A model generated the notes under the pieces. It worked only from the letters and a program-made list of their open reading frames with translations, had not been told where the DNA came from and searched no databases. Below, piece after piece: positions 36,309 through 51,029 of a DNA stretch of 64,000 bases. A program made the position numbers and the translations under genes. The DNA comes from Torpedo marmorata (Eukaryota): assembly GCA_977017645.1 (NCBI GenBank), contig OZ360240.1, positions 14,198,001 to 14,262,000 on the forward strand, written 5' to 3'. The stretch's first letter is position 1; each line of letters opens with the position of its first letter.

Positions 36309-38340
36309 AGGAAGACCATTTACCATACGTTCACCGGCCAGAAACCAAGGGCCGCCCCACTTTGCAGCAGGTAATTCGTTCTCAAATGTCGATGGTTTTC
36401 AGCCTCACTCTATTGATCCATCTTATGTGCAGATGCTAAACTTTCCATTAAATGTTGCTATCTTCAGTTCTATCATTTGAAAGAATCAACCGTGGCCTTC
36501 AAAAGGTAAAGGGAAAACACTTGATGCACAATGAGCATCACAATTAAGGCAGCCATTGTACAAAAGAAGGCACATCAAACTGCTCAGTCAAATTCTAATG
36601 ACATTTAAACAATATTCTCAGATCCAATTTTTACTCCAATGTTTTTCGACCCATTTGTGTCCCCAAGTTAAAATTGCTGTTACCTATGGTCAAAAAGCTA
36701 TTGACATGCAGCCTGCAGCATTGTCACAAGTATCATCAATAGCACGCCAATTTGGGCTGGCTCACTAAAGGAGGTAGGAATTTAGGAAATCTAAATATGC
36801 AACATGGACTGTTTGGGCATCCTCAAAATTAATTCTGCCCCTTACTTTACTGAAGGTATTTTATCATTCGAGAACACTTGACCGAAATTGTGATCTAACT
36901 CCAATCAAAATATGATGTGAAGGGGAAAGAGACAAAAGAAAAGTCACCACAGCAACCACATGAAATCCTGATTCAATGCAACACTCAATATGTAGACGAA
37001 AAACTTAATATTTTGTTTAGTCATTTACAGGATGTGGCAAGAACAGTACATTTTTACCCATCCCTAATTGCCCTTGAAAGGAAATGCTGATTCAACTTCT
37101 GGAACACTTGGTGTAATAGAAATAGTTACAGTGTTATTAGTCTGAGAAATCCAAGATTTTGACTGCAACGCTGAAGGAAAAGAGATCATTTCCAACTCAG
37201 AGTGGTGTAGGACTTGAGAATTATCTCTGGGAAGTGATATGTTGCATCTTCCCACGCAATAGCAGCTCTTATCCTTCTTGTAATCCTTCATGATTTAAGA
37301 GCCTCTAAGAAGCCATGCAGAGTAGCGGCAAAACCCTTTATTCAAATCAAGACCAAAACACCTCCCACATGAATTACTGGTGTATTTCTTAACTGAGTTA
37401 CGAGTTAGTACTCGTCAGCAAACATGAAATTCCATCTGGCATGAAGGGAAACTGACCAAGGAAGTAGCTAAACGTGGTTGGATCTGTCTGTACAACCACA
37501 ACAATAATCCTTTGTTGCTGATTAAGATTCCAGCCTGTTAACTGCATTAACCCCCCCCCCCCCCACAATTCCCAGAAACTTCAATTGAACCATACTTGGA
37601 CCAGTTATGGAACGAGATCAGGATACAAGTTAACCAAAAATGACAAGTTGGCCATGTGCAAGTCAGGAGTTATGGGGATCAGGTAAGAAATGGGAGCTGA
37701 ACATCAAATCAGCCATGACCTTATTGAATGGCAAAGCAGGCTAGAAGAGCTGTGTGACTTACTCCCACTTCTACTTTTGTGCTGGTCTTACAGCAGCAGA
37801 CTTCTCTAACATTATTTGAGAGCAATTTACAACTGATGCACAGATCGCCACTCACCCCATTTCATCACCACTTTCTAAAGCAAATAACTAATTTCTGCAA
37901 AAAGTGACAATAAACGCAAGCCAATTATTTTGTCGTCAAAATAAGCTCTTCTCTCTATGGCCTGCTAAATAAACTGAACTAGTGTTTCAATATACCTCGC
38001 CCGCAGGAAAAAGAATCTCAGTGTTGTATGTGATGTCATGTATTGTATGCACTGACAATAAATCTGAAATCTGAATCTGAATATGCAGAATGTATCCACA
38101 GACTAAGACAAATTTTTAAAGCAGGAACACCAATCAAGAAATTGAACATTTGACCATCAATACATTAGTTGAATATACTTATTTAATATTCATTATAGTG
38201 TAATAGAATGTATTCATCGCATCTAAAACTTGCTTGGGCAGATAAAAAATTTGGAACATGCCTCAAACATTTCAAACTTCACAAACAGTACCCAAAATCA
38301 GCTTACAAATCCATGAAACAAAATTGAGGTCAGAGACTAT

Positions 38341-38923
38341 AGCCCTTTTTATGGTGCAACCCCGCAATAAAGAAGGCTCAATAAAAAAAAAGGTGAACTT
38401 ACTTTTTATAGTGACGACCTATATGGCGCTTCCAGCGTTGTCTTTATGCTGAGCTGTGTCGGGAGCCGGCTTCCCGATCTGAGGGAGGCGGGGCGAGTGG
38501 TGCTGTAGCGCCGCCCGTCGCCGTGAAGTCGAACATACGTGCCGAGCAATGGCCGTCTTCGTTACCCATAATCCCCCACACAGCTGGAACCGCTCTGTCA
38601 GTGCCAGCGCCAGGGAAACGCAGAGCGGTTCCAGCTGCGTGGGGGATTATGGGTAACGAAGATGGCCATTGCCATATAGATCAACTCTCCTGGGTCACGG
38701 TCATCGCGACGTCATCAGACCTCCCCTTGCCAGACGCTTTAAGCTGCTTTCTTTTTACGGAGGAGGTGGAGAGATTCTTTCCACCTCTGTGTCTTACCTC
38801 CTAGGTGTTTCGGAGTACGGCTTGCCAATCCGCCATCGGACTTTTTATGAAGGTAAGTGAGGCGACTTAAAGACAGAAATGTTCTGTCTTTACAGTCGCT
38901 TTCTTTGCACTATAAAAGGGGCT
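38341..38923. mobile_element. Non-autonomous DNA transposon (possibly PIF/Harbinger-like) with an internal long hairpin
   Basis: TIR agccctttttatggtgcaa / ttgcactataaaaggggct; CpG-rich interior. Confidence 0.7.
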
Positions 38924-39282
38924 ATTGTTGTGACCCAGCAAAATCCAACTTTAACTTTCTGAAGGTTCTTCTGGAGTCATCAGTTCTTTTCCCATTTTGA
39001 TACCATCAATTCTGTTCAAAGTGGACTCCAATATCAATGTCATTAGACTAAATCAGTTCCCCATATGGAACAGATGCTGCAGAAATCTCATCTCTCCAAA
39101 CAGAACAAGAACCATAACTCTGTTGCTGACTAATAAACACATCACTACCATTCCTCCAGTTAAACAAAACATCAGAAAACCAGATGAAGGGCTACAAGAA
39201 ACCAAACTATTAAAAAAATGACAGGAATGAAAGCAAGCATTCACCACTGCAGAAGATCAGTCTAGTGCTACATTGCGTGGCT

Positions 39283-39480
39283 GAGGGAGTGCTGGAGGCA
39301 AAGCCACGGACACTCAGTGACTCTGAGGGGACTCTCTTTTGCTTCTCTTTCTCTGGTTGTAAGGGGCGCTGGGCAATTTTTGCTGATAGCGAATCTTTGT
39401 CCGCCTTACAGTAGACTAAAGGAAATTTCGTGCAATATCACATTTTCTGTTATATTACATGACAATAAAATAATCTTGAA
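39283..39480 (+). mobile_element. 5'-truncated copy of the 34.95-35.75 kb retroelement
   Basis: gtgactctgagggactctcttttgcttctc...aaggggcgctgggcaa...gtccgccttacagtagac...catgacaataaa. Confidence 0.7.
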
Positions 39481-39975
39481 AAAATGATTCAGAAATCCCA
39501 CCTCTTCCTGGAGGATAAGCAAATGAGGGGGATCAGAAATATACTACATCACGTACTCGGAATAAATTCCTGGAGGTGCTCTAAAACTGTTGTTAGAATT
39601 AACCACTGTTGTTCCCCATAAAGGACATATTTGTTGGTCACACACTAGTTGGCCTGGGAAATATATGTAATCTCCATTGAAACTCCAATCTGGAGATTTT
39701 TTTTCTGGTACACACCCAGATCTTTCTACCACAAGAAACATTGGCAGCACTCATTACGATCAAGAATTTTCTAATATTCAATAGCACCGTAATACCCATA
39801 TATATTAAATACTCTGGCATAAAAACAATCTTGGCTTCACACATTTACCTTGTTATTAAGCATTTTGAAATCTCTCCAGCAGGATCACCCAACTCCTAAA
39901 GGCTGTGACTCCTTAAATATATTTTATTACAAGAACCTGAATGAATTTTTCTGCAAATACCACCTTCGTCTAAAC

Positions 39976-40192
39976 CAGTGGTTCTCAACCTTTTTCGTTC
40001 TAAGGCCTGCCTGGCTTCCGGCCTAACATGCCATGGCCCACTAGTGGCAATGACTGAGCAATATTTTCAAGTCAAAGGCAGCCCTGTAAGAAGCACATCT
40101 ATAACTAATTTAAAGTATTTTATTTAACATTTTTAAAGACCCACATGGCTGTGGCTCATCATGGGCCATTGGCCACTGGTTAAGAACCACTG
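39976..40192. mobile_element. hAT/Charlie-like MITE
   Basis: TIR cagtggttctcaacc / ggttaagaaccactg; TSD gtctaaac/gtctgcac. Confidence 0.75.
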
Positions 40193-40499
40193 GTCTGCAC
40201 TATGTCACAAAATGTGTTTTCTTAATTCAGAGAACAACAGTAAAAAAAAAATCCACATTATTGTCAATACCACATGCATTGTTTTCACAACAGAATTTAA
40301 ATGAATATATAGAGGCAAAATATATTAATCCAGTGTTCCAAAAGCCCAAATAAAGATCATTGGCTCTTTATATATGGAAATGGGCGTGCACTGTAGCAGC
40401 TCGTTTTGCCATCCTCTTTCAGGACTCTGCTTCATTGGGCAATATGGTAAAATGGATTGAAAACAGATTCACACAAGTACAGCCTTGCAGTTGCCATTT

Positions 40500-40990
40500 T
40501 AACAGGATAGTCTTGAGAACTGGAGAGACCACAGTTGCTCTCCTGGCCAGCCTCCCATTTTCCACCGTTTACAAACATGAGCTCATCCAAAATTCTGTTG
40601 TTCATATAACTTGCAGCAAATTCTTTTCACCTGTCATCCTTGTGATCCCTGATTTACATTGGCATCCAGCCCAACAATATGTTAATTTTAAAATGATGAT
40701 TTTCAAAGCCTTTCGTGGTCCTCGCTCTGGAACCACCTCTAGCTCCAAAACCTTGTGACTTCATGCTTCTCCAGTTTTAAAATAACCTAATTTTAGCTGC
40801 AGGCCCTTGAACTGCTTCAGCCTTCAACTCCTTCAGCTCTCTCATCCTCTAATATCCAAAGCCCATCTCTTTAACCAAGATTTTAGGCACCTGCCTCAAT
40901 AGCTTACTATGTGGGCTAAAGTGTTAAGTTTGCATGCCTTAGTACTTTATATATAGGAGATCCTACTTTAATGGAGGTTGTACTTTAGTG
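40500..40990 (+). mobile_element. Old L2-like LINE fragment
   Basis: ctcctggccagcctccc...gagctcatccaaaattctg resembles recalled L2 3' region. Confidence 0.45.
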
Positions 40991-41477
40991 CACATTGGAG
41001 ACAATGAAGTAGACTGGTAGAAATAACATGGAGCTTAGCAAAAGTGCATACAACATGGAAATATACTCTGTACTCAATCCACTGTAGCTGATTTGGTTAA
41101 AAAAAACAAGCATCAATTTTTGCATTTATGCGAAACAAAATCTAGAGCAACAGCTAATTCCAGTGAAACCAACATTGGATAATTGGAGTTATCACATCAG
41201 GTATAACACAAAACTTGTACAAAAAGGTATCAATATTCTTTCTGATATTTACCTAATGCTGTAAATGCAATCGCCAATTTAACTCTGTTAACAAGATTAC
41301 ATTTACGTTGAAATAATCCTCCTTTTTACAATACAATGAGATTATTTTCAAGATGACAGTTGTAGAGTGCAAGTCACCCTGTAAAATCTTATTTTGCTTG
41401 ATTTGGGATTTTACTGGCTGCAGATCCAAGTGATTAATGTGCTGTTCGCTGAAGTTTAAGTTTTTTAAATTAATATA

Positions 41478-41681
41478 CAGTAAAACCCCTGGTATCCAGC
41501 ACCTACGGGGATTGGTAGATGCCAGATAAGCGAGTTTTCCGGTTGCTTGAGACTGTGTATTGTGTGAATGGAGAACTAGCGGCGAGGCGTGCCAATTTTA
41601 AACTTCTGTATATTTTACCCATTTATTTTCTGGTTTTTTTTTTGCCGGTTGCTTGAATTCCGGATAACAGGGATTTTACTG
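41478..41681. mobile_element. Tigger-like MITE
   Basis: TA|cagtaaaacccctggtatcc ... ggataacagggattttactg|TA. Confidence 0.85.
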
Positions 41682-41829
41682 TATTTTAATTTTCTCAATT
41701 CTTAGCTCAAAAACATTGTACTGAAATAGATTACAGAGGGTTATGTTATATAGATCATAAATGTTGATAACACCTCAAAAGACAGGAATGATATACAATG
41801 ATTTTCTTTCCTCTTCCCATGCCGCCTCT

Positions 41830-41892
41830 CCACCTCCCCCCCTTCCCACCCCCCCCCCCCTTCCCACCCCCCCCCCCCCCCACACACACACA
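41830..41892. repeat. Poly-C / (CA)n low-complexity tract
   Basis: Seen directly. Confidence 0.9.
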
Positions 41893-44519
41893 ACTTCCCC
41901 CGATTATTTCTTGTGCACCCACAGCCATCTGGTAATTGTGTCAGCACACTTTTCAAAACAATTATCACAATTTAGCTGAATCTTCCACATGGAACACCTT
42001 TGTTGTTGGTTAATGAAGCAGGTATAAATAGAAAGTGTATCGTTGCCAAGATTCACCTTTGTTTCTAAGCAAAGTTGGCCACTCCTAAAATATACTAGCA
42101 AAAATAAACAAAGTTGTTGTTCGTTTGCTTTCCTCAAACATTACACATCTATATTTACCACTGGCTGCTCATGGCAAAAAATTAATTTCATGCTGAAATA
42201 AACCAGTTAAAAGGATTCATCACAGCAGATTTTAAAACTACCGAAGTTACAACTGGCTATACAGACCTCCACCAATTGGCTGCCAATTGCACTTGGAGCT
42301 CTGTGCCACTGCCATTTCTAAACTGCAATTAAATGGGAAAGGACAAAAGGTTGGGGAGGTGGTGACAGTGGGAGAGGAGAAAATTTACATTTCCCCAAGG
42401 GAAATTAGAAATTACAGTTAGAATTAGGGTTCAACTGGTTCCTTGAGGTGGAAATTAGAGTTTGATTCATGCGCTGAAATGTTTAGCGAACTTGAATAGG
42501 TAGATGGACACAACGCATTCTATCTTGAGTTACCTAGTAATAATAAAGACGCCTTGTGTTCACCTTGGCTTTTCTCTTATCATCCGCTGCGCAGCCACTG
42601 ACAAGACAGCTGGGTAATTTGCTGATATTGCTGCAGGATTTTGTTTAATGTGCTCTCTATTGGCCTGTGTACTGTACTGTATTACTTTAAAGAAAGCCAG
42701 CTGGCCAACCTCCCAACGCTAGAAACTAAATACAGAGAACACATTTAGAATTAGAATATATTTCTCAAACCTGGACTGAAAATGCAAAAAGCTCACATCT
42801 GGATCTTATTTCATACATAATTTATAATTTAATATTATTTAACATAATAATTACAATTTAAATTGAGAATAACTTGAGAAGGATAAATTGTGAATGTCTG
42901 TAAAATAAAGGTAAATTTTGATCTTAAGTGGATGATGAAGCACTGCAGCTGCAAAGCATGCAGAATTCAAAAGGAATTAACCCCTTTGTGATTGCAAATC
43001 AGAGGCATTTGGACAGTTTAATAATTGTTTAAAATTAAATAGTCCTATTTTGCCTTTCAAAAAAGTATAAAGCTGGATCCCAAGTCTTTTTATAAAGTAA
43101 CAATGAAATTATTGAAATCAATCACTTATTTTCTTTTTTGAAACACTACAAGCAGCATCACATAACATGATCGATGAGCACCAATATTACAATGTCAGCA
43201 GAAAGAATGACAGACTTAAAAATCTCCCAGAAACACACAAAATACTTCAAGACTTAACAGGGTAAATGCATAGTTTCCCCTGGAGAGGTGCACAAAATCA
43301 AATGGCAGTGTCTCAAATAAGAGATCAGCTATTTAGTATTAAGATGAGTCAGACTACAATGAATCATTGGAATTCTACACCCATGAAGTGCATGGAGGCG
43401 TGATCACTGAGTATAGGGAGTTAGTGCAGGAAAGTGTGCTCGTCCTTGATCTTACTTAATGACTAATCAGGTACAAGGTACCAAATGGCCTACCCCTGCT
43501 TATATTTAACTTCTTCTGAGTGAAGTGATTAACACAAGGGTGGCATGGTGGTTCCAGTGAGCATGCCAAACACATTCTGCGGTGGAACAAGAAATTGCAC
43601 GAACTCTGAACCCCATTGCAGGCATCAGCGCTGCGCTTAAGAAACCTGTATCACTTCACAAAAACAAAAATGTTTCTGAATAAAGTACAAAGACCACAGC
43701 TTGAAAAACTGGAGACACTTACAGCCACGATCTATGATGCTACATTACAAAACTTGTAAAGAACATTGAAAAGAAATCTGCCTTTTGCCATCCAATTCAT
43801 GTCCAAACATGTATTTTACCTTAATGCTTGGTAAAGTGTTGCAAGTCATAGACACAAATTAAATCTGTTTAATTGTACTTCAGTGTTACTCTTCTGATGG
43901 AAAAGATGAAGTATTCTATTTCTATATCAGCCTATAAACTTTGTCAAACAAATTGCTTTCAACAAATGCTGAGACCATATTTGAAATTCCTGAAAACAGA
44001 TATAACAAGTTGACTTCATCAAAAATAAGGAAGCCATTACATCACATTTACACGGCTTAAAATTAAAATTTTCCTTTTGGCTGCTGAAATTATTAGACCA
44101 GGTTTCTCCTCTAGAAAGATTTTATTTTTTTTTAAAAAAGGAAAGGCTTTATCTTTTGAAACTATGGAGATACACACCCAACCTTTTGTTTCACACTAGA
44201 AAAGGCAGCAGAAGCTGAATGACGTTGTGTAGTTGGAACAATGAGTTTTTTTAATTGTTTTTTTTTTAATTTTTAATAGTAGAGGAACAAAAAGCAGAAT
44301 TCACAGATTTGGAAATGTTGTATCTGAACAATTCTCCTAAAATACGTGAAAAAAGCACCAAGTTTCTTTGCTGGAAGTGGCACAACTTATGCTTCTAATT
44401 TCCATTAGAATTAAGTGCTAATCAATTATTTGAACTACACATTCATCAATGGTTGAAACTAAATTCAAATGAGTTAGGTGAATAAACAATGTTTAATTTG
44501 GAACAAAAAAAGGCACTGG

Positions 44520-44680
44520 AAATTGAAAACAAAACAGAAAATGCAGGTATTGCTCAGCAGGTCAGGCAGCATCTGTGGATGGAGAAACAGTTAACATTTC
44601 AGATCCTGGAAGACTGAATCTAATTGTTTCTACAGATTCCACCTGACCTGCTGGACGTTTCCAGCATTTTCTCCTTTTGA
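44520..44680. mobile_element. Degenerate Penelope-derived repeat
   Basis: aaaatgcagg..ctcagcaggtcaggcagcatctgtgga ... ctgacctgctgga..ttccagcatttt; similar remnants at ~12.7 and ~16.9 kb. Confidence 0.55.
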
Positions 44681-45351
44681 TTTTTAACTTGGGACACTAC
44701 GATCAGGATAAATGCGTCATTGTTACAAGCATCATAATCTCGGTCCTTGACATCTCTTTTCATAGATGCAGGAGAATATTTTTGCAGTACAATGTGCTAC
44801 TACTCCACCACCACATGACTTGAATCAAAGCAATTCTCTGAAGAATGGATTCAGCAGCAATAATTATATTGCTAAGCTTGTTCTCAATCCTGCAACTTCA
44901 TTTTCTAAGAGGATGTCAAAAAATAAATAAGAACAAAGTAAGTGAAATTCCAGCAGTTTGTTCCAACAATGAGAATGAGATTTCCCTAAATACAATATTG
45001 TTGTCACTTGCCTGGCCATTTTGTTGAATGATTTTAGAAATACTTCACTAAGCTTGTTTTGATAGATCCTACAGAGGTTACAGTTAGCTGGAATCGCCAA
45101 TATAAATCAGCACAGTATTCAGCTAATATCACCTTACTTCTACCTGGGAAATTGCAATGCACCATGTTTCATTCACATCAATAAACAAATCATTATCATA
45201 TAAAGAGATTATTAACGGGGGGGGGCGTGGCGTGATGGCGTAGGCTGGAGACGTGAGAATACACCTCTCCCACAGAATTAATTAAAAACTGTTCAAAAAA
45301 AACTTTAATTTGCTATTAAAGAATTCAAGATTGTTTGTTAACTTTTGAAGA

Positions 45352-46685
45352 ATGTCTATAAGAAAAGGGAAAGAACAAAAGTTAAAGAAAACAGTGATTA
45401 AAGAAAGCGTAATGGAAGAAGAAGTTGGGCCTACCTCCTTGATGGAGCCTCGAGGTCGGCTTCCTCTCTCTCCCAGGATGACGCAGGCGAAGTCGGCTAA
45501 GTTGACAGTAGCGCCAGCGCCACCTTCCCGGGGAGCCGGGGAAGATGGCGCTGGAGCTCAAAGGAAGACTGGAGAACTACAGAGGGAGAAAGAACAACCG
45601 CGCATGCGCAAAATGGCGTGCATGCGCGAAAAGCAACGGGAGCTCTCAACTAACGTTGACAGCCAAGGAAGAATCTATCAGTCAATTCAATACAGTGTTG
45701 GAGAAGAACTGTAATCATCAGCGGATTCGGAAGATGGAGGGAGAAAGAGGAGAGTGTATGAGGAAATGGAGAGAGAAGTAGAAAAGATGGAGGGAGAGGG
45801 ATAAGTGGAGGAGAGGAAACTCAGTTATTTCAAGGTAAACAAGAAATATCAGCTACTTTTATTCAGGCTATAAATAACTTAACAAAACAAGTGTCTACAA
45901 TGAATCAACGTATGGTATATGGATTTACAGCTATAGGCAGCAATCTTACTGAGTTTAAGGAAGAAATGAAAGACATTAAATATAATATGAAAAAATGAGC
46001 AATTGCTGTGGATAAAGTAACACTGAAAGTCCAGAAAGTTGAAAAAGAGGTTAAAGAATGTCGTGAAGAAATGGTGGATTGTAAAGATACAATGGATAAA
46101 ATGGAAGATTCATTTACAGGCTGGGAACAAAAAAGAAATGAACTTTTACAAAAAATAAATACATTGGAGAATCATAGTCGGAGAAATAATGTTAAAATTG
46201 TGGGATTGCTCGAAGATTCTGAAGGGATCAATTCAACTGAATTCTTTCAAAATTGGATTCCAAAAACTTTAGCTAGTGAAAATTTTCTAAATGGACTTGA
46301 ATTAGATAGAGCCCATAGAGATAACAGAAGGAAACCATATCCTGGACAAATGCCACACTCAGTGTTAATTAAATGTCTTCATTACCAGGATAAAGAGAAG
46401 ATACTGAGATTAGCTGTTCAAAATGCTAGAAAGAACCAAGGTCCATTGATGATCAATAAAAATAGGGTATTTTTTAATGCTGATTTAAGCGCAGCAATAA
46501 TTAAAAAATGAAAAGAATTTAACCCAGCCAAAGCAATTTTTTGGAACAAAGGATATAAATTTTCATTTAGATATCCTGCGATATTGAAGGTACAGTCTGA
46601 AGAGAATCAGTCATCTTTTTTTACTGACCATCAAGAAGCTTTGAAGTATGCTAATTCACTCCTAAATTTAAAGAAAGATCATTGA
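45352..46685 (+). pseudogene. L1 ORF1p remnant
   Basis: Coiled coil then LENHSRRNNVKIVGLLEDSEG...ELDRAHR; broken by stops and frameshifts. Confidence 0.88.
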
Positions 46686-47118
46686 TTTGATTGGGCAATC
46701 TCAAGTTATTATGGAACCGACTCAGGACTTGTTTCCATCAAGAGAGAAATTTCAAGTAACTTCAGGACAAGAAGATGTAGTCGAATTAGAGGATGATCAA
46801 GTTAACAGAGATCTTGAAAATGCTGGATTGGGATGAAGAAACAATAACAAATATTATGTAAAATCTGTTTGGGGTGTGGACTTTTTGTCTTCTCCGCACC
46901 TAACCACACGTCACCTTAGTGGCGAGGGCCACTTCCCGAACAGTAGAGGGTGGTAGTACCGGTATAAATATACCAGTATTTTTTTTTTCTTTTTTAAATA
47001 TAGTGGGGTTTTTTACTTTTTTTTATTTCTTTCTTTTCTGAGGAGATGTCAAATATATTACAAATGTGGAAGGGGGAACCAGTCTGTCGGATAGAGAGAG
47101 ACTTATTAAATATTAGAA

Positions 47119-50100
47119 ATGGCAGATAGTAAATCAATAAATGTGGTAAGTATTAATATAAATGGGCTAAATAATCTGATTAAAAGGAAGAAAACTTTAG
47201 CATATATTAAAAAATTAAGTTGATATAGCTTTTTTTTTTTTTTACAAGAGACACATTTGACAGAAATAGAACATCAGAAGTTGAAAAGAGAATGGGTTGG
47301 TCAAGTGGTAGCATCTTCATTTAATTCTAAAGTAAAAGGAGTTAAAATCTGTATTTGTCTTAATAAATTGTCAAATATATTCAGAAATGTGGACACATGA
47401 ATATATATGTGCCAAATATGGAAGGTGAACAATTTATTCAAGACTCTTTTATGCACTTGTCAGAAGCAAATGATAATATTTTAATTGGTGGAGATTTTAA
47501 TTGTTGTTTAGATCCAATAATGGATAAAACATCGAAATCAATTATTAGAACTAAAACTGCTAAAATAATTCTTACTTTGATGAAAGATTTGAATTTAATA
47601 GATATTTGGAGGAAGTTGAATCCAAAAGAAAAAAGACTATTCCTTTTATTCTTTTAGACATGATTCTTATTCTAGAATAGACATGTTTTTATTGTCATCA
47701 CAATTAGAAGAGAGGGTGACTCAAGCGCAATATAAAGCTAGAATAATTTCTGATCATTCACCTCTTTTAATGTCATGTATAATTCCAGAAAAAGAAAAAA
47801 TCATATATAGATGGAGATTTAATTCTTCCTTATTGAAAAGAATGGATTTTTGTAATTATATAAGAAAAATTCAAGAATTTTTACTGATTAACTCTAATTC
47901 GATTAATAATAAATTTATTATTTGGGAAGCTTTAAAGGCTTATTTAAGAGGTCAAATAATAAATTATTCAGCAAAAGTTAAGAAGGAATATATTCAGGAA
48001 TTGGATAATCTGGAGAGGGAGATTGAGTTTTTGGAGAAAGATTTGCAAGAAAAGGGAACAGAAGAAAAGAGAAAAAATTTAATAAAGAAAAATTGCATTA
48101 TAATACGTTACAAACATATAAAATTGAAAAATTAATTGAAAGAACTAAGCAAAGATATTACGAACTGGGAGAAAGGGCTCGTAAAGTGTTAGCGTGGCAA
48201 TTAAAGAAAGAACAAATTTCTAGAACTATAAGTCCTATAAAAAAGAATTTTAAAAAAATAACATATAAACCTCGAGAAATAAATGATTAATTTAAGGAAT
48301 TTTATTTAAATCTCAAACTGATAAAAATGAATCTAAAATTAATGAATTTTTATCTAAAATTAAGTTACCAAGATTAAATACCCAAAGTAAAAAATTTTTA
48401 GTTGCATCATTTACGATGAGAGAAGTTATTGATGCTCTTAGTTCTTTAACAAGTGGAAAGTCTCCGGGGTAGGATGGTTTCCCATCAGAATTTTATAAGG
48501 AATTTAAAGATTTATTGATACCTCCATATATGGAGGTGTTAAAACAAATAACGGAATCTCATTCTCTACCGGAAACATTTTCAAATACAATAACAACAGT
48601 TATACCTAAAAAAGATAGAGATGTGTCGAAAACAGAATCATATAGACCAATTTCATTGTTAAATGTGGATTATAAGATAATGGCAAAAATTTTAGCAAAT
48701 AGAGTGGCAAGATATTTACCAGATTTAATTCATGCAGATCAAGCGGGTTTCATTAAGAATAGATATTCAAAGGAAAATATTGCCAGATTGATTAGTTTAA
48801 TAAATGTGGCACAAAAGAAAGAGGAATTAGCACTAATATTAACATTAGATGCCAAAAAGGTTTTTGATAGATTAGAATGGAATTATTTATTTAAAGTGTT
48901 AGAAAAATTTGGTTTTGGAATTACATTTATTAATTGGATTATAACTATACATAAAGAACCCTCTGCCAGGGTGGTGACAAATGGACAAATTTCTTCAAAA
49001 TTTTTGTTGACTAGGTCAACTAGACAAGGATGTCCTTTGTCGCCAGTATTGTTTATTTTAGCAATAGAACCTTAAGCAGAATTAATTAGACAAGATATTA
49101 AGATTGTAGATATTAAAGTTGGAAAAGAAGAACATAAAATTAGTTTATTTGCAGATGATGTATTGATTTACATGACAAAACCTTTTTTTTTTAAAAACAC
49201 AATTGACTGTTTTATTGAGAGAATATGGAGAAATATCTGGTTATAAGATTAATTCTGATAAAAGTGAAATTATGCCATTGACACAAGGAGACTATAAATG
49301 TAAAGAAATTACATGATTTAAATGGTCAAATAATGGAATTAAATATTTGGGGAAAAAATAGATACAAAATTAGGTAATTTATATAAATTAAATTATTTAC
49401 CTTTATTTACTAATATTAAAAAGGATTTAGAGAGTTGGAAGGATTTACCTATAACTTTAATAGGAAGAGTAAATTGTACCAAAATGAATGTTTTTCCAAT
49501 AATCCAATACCTTTTTCAATCAATTCCTTATGAAATTCCTCAAAAATTCTTTAAGGATTTAAATTGAATTATTAGGAAATTTTTGTCGAACGGAAAGTTG
49601 GCCAGAGTAGGTATGGAGAAATTAACCTGGAATTATGAAATGGGAGGTTTACAACTTCCCAATTTTCTAAATTATTATAAGGCAGCTCAATTAAAATTCA
49701 TTAATGAAATGTTTGATTTAGAAAAATCTTCTGCTTGGATTAGAATAGAATTAAATAATATAAGAGAGGATTCGAAAGAAGCAGTTATTTATAAATGGAA
49801 TTCTAAATTATTATTAAGGGGAGGTAAAAATTCTCCTATTTTAAAACATTTGTTAGAAATATGGAATAAAGTGGATCGGGAGATAGGAGGGAAAGGGTTA
49901 ATTTCTTGTAAAATGCCTTTATATCAAAATAAACTTATCCCATTTACTATTGATAATCAATTGTTTAAAATTTGGTTTCAAAAAGGGATTAAAAAAGTAA
50001 ATGATTGTTTTGAAGCTAGTAAATTTATTACTTTTCAAAGAATGAAAGAGAAGTTTCATGTATTAAATAATACACTTTTTGCTTATTATCAAATAAGAAC

Positions 50101-50799
50101 ATTTTTAGTTGAAAAGTTAGATCATAGTTTAATTTTACCAAGACAAAGTGAATTGGAATTATTAGTTACTAATGGGGGTATAAATAAATTTATTTCTCAA
50201 ATGTATCGATGTTACAGAAAAAAATGCCTAAACCAGGAATTCATAAATCAAGATTAAAATGGGAATCAGATCTGAATGTAATAATAGATGAACATTGGAA
50301 AGAAATATTTAAACAAAGTATGACGAAAATTATTAATGTTAGATATAGGTCAGTGCAATGCAACTTTTTGCATCAATTATATTTAACGCCTAAGAAACTA
50401 AAGAAATTTAATTCAACCCTATCAGATTTATGTTTTAGATGTAATAGAGAGGAAGGCTCCTTTGTACATTCAACATGGCTTTGTCCAAGGATACATGCTT
50501 TTTGGCTGAAGGTTAAAAAGTTTTTAGACAAAGTATTAAGAATTACACTCCCAATGAATCTTATGATATTTTTGTTTGGAAATATTAAAATAATTAGTAT
50601 TAAAATGAGATTAAATATGTATGAAATAGAATTTTTGCGAATTGCTTTAGCTGTTTCAAAGAAATGCATTGCTATTACATGGAAATCTGATGTAGATTTA
50701 GGGTTAGAAAGATGGCATGCAGAACTTCATTCATGTATACCAATTGAAAAAATTACTTATAATTTACGTAATAAATATCATTTCTTTTTGAAAATGTAA
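47119..50799 (+). pseudogene. L1 ORF2p remnant (APE endonuclease, RT, CCHC)
   Basis: IGGDFN, SDHSP, YRPISLLNVDYKI, TRQGCPLSP, LFADDV, CFRC...H..WLC; several frameshifts and stops. Confidence 0.93.
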
Positions 50800-51029
50800 A
50801 GACTGTGGGTTTAAGGATTTGAGGGTCTCTCGATATCAGGTCTGGCTGGTGAAACTGTGTTCCACAATAAAATTAATGCATAGTTGTTCTTTTTTTCTTA
50901 GATTGACATTCTCCAATCACTATCCTTTTTTTTTTCGTTCTTTCTTTTTTATTAGAGTAGTAGGGGTGGGTGGGTTAGGGAGGGGGAAGGGAGGGAGGGG
51001 AGGGTGAAAATATATCGCCATATAAGTGG

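Larger units (their letters stand above)
45217..51020 (+). mobile_element. Near-full-length L1-clade LINE, inactivated, antisense to BAIAP2
   Basis: G-run 5' start, ORF1, spacer, ORF2 and G-rich 3' UTR in order. Confidence 0.93.

Noticed and set aside
42200-42720. Possible conserved non-coding element in a repeat-poor stretch
   Set aside because: Cannot be supported without cross-species alignment.
50373-50669. Antisense hydrophobic ORF within L1
   Set aside because: Shadow frame of AT-rich ORF2.
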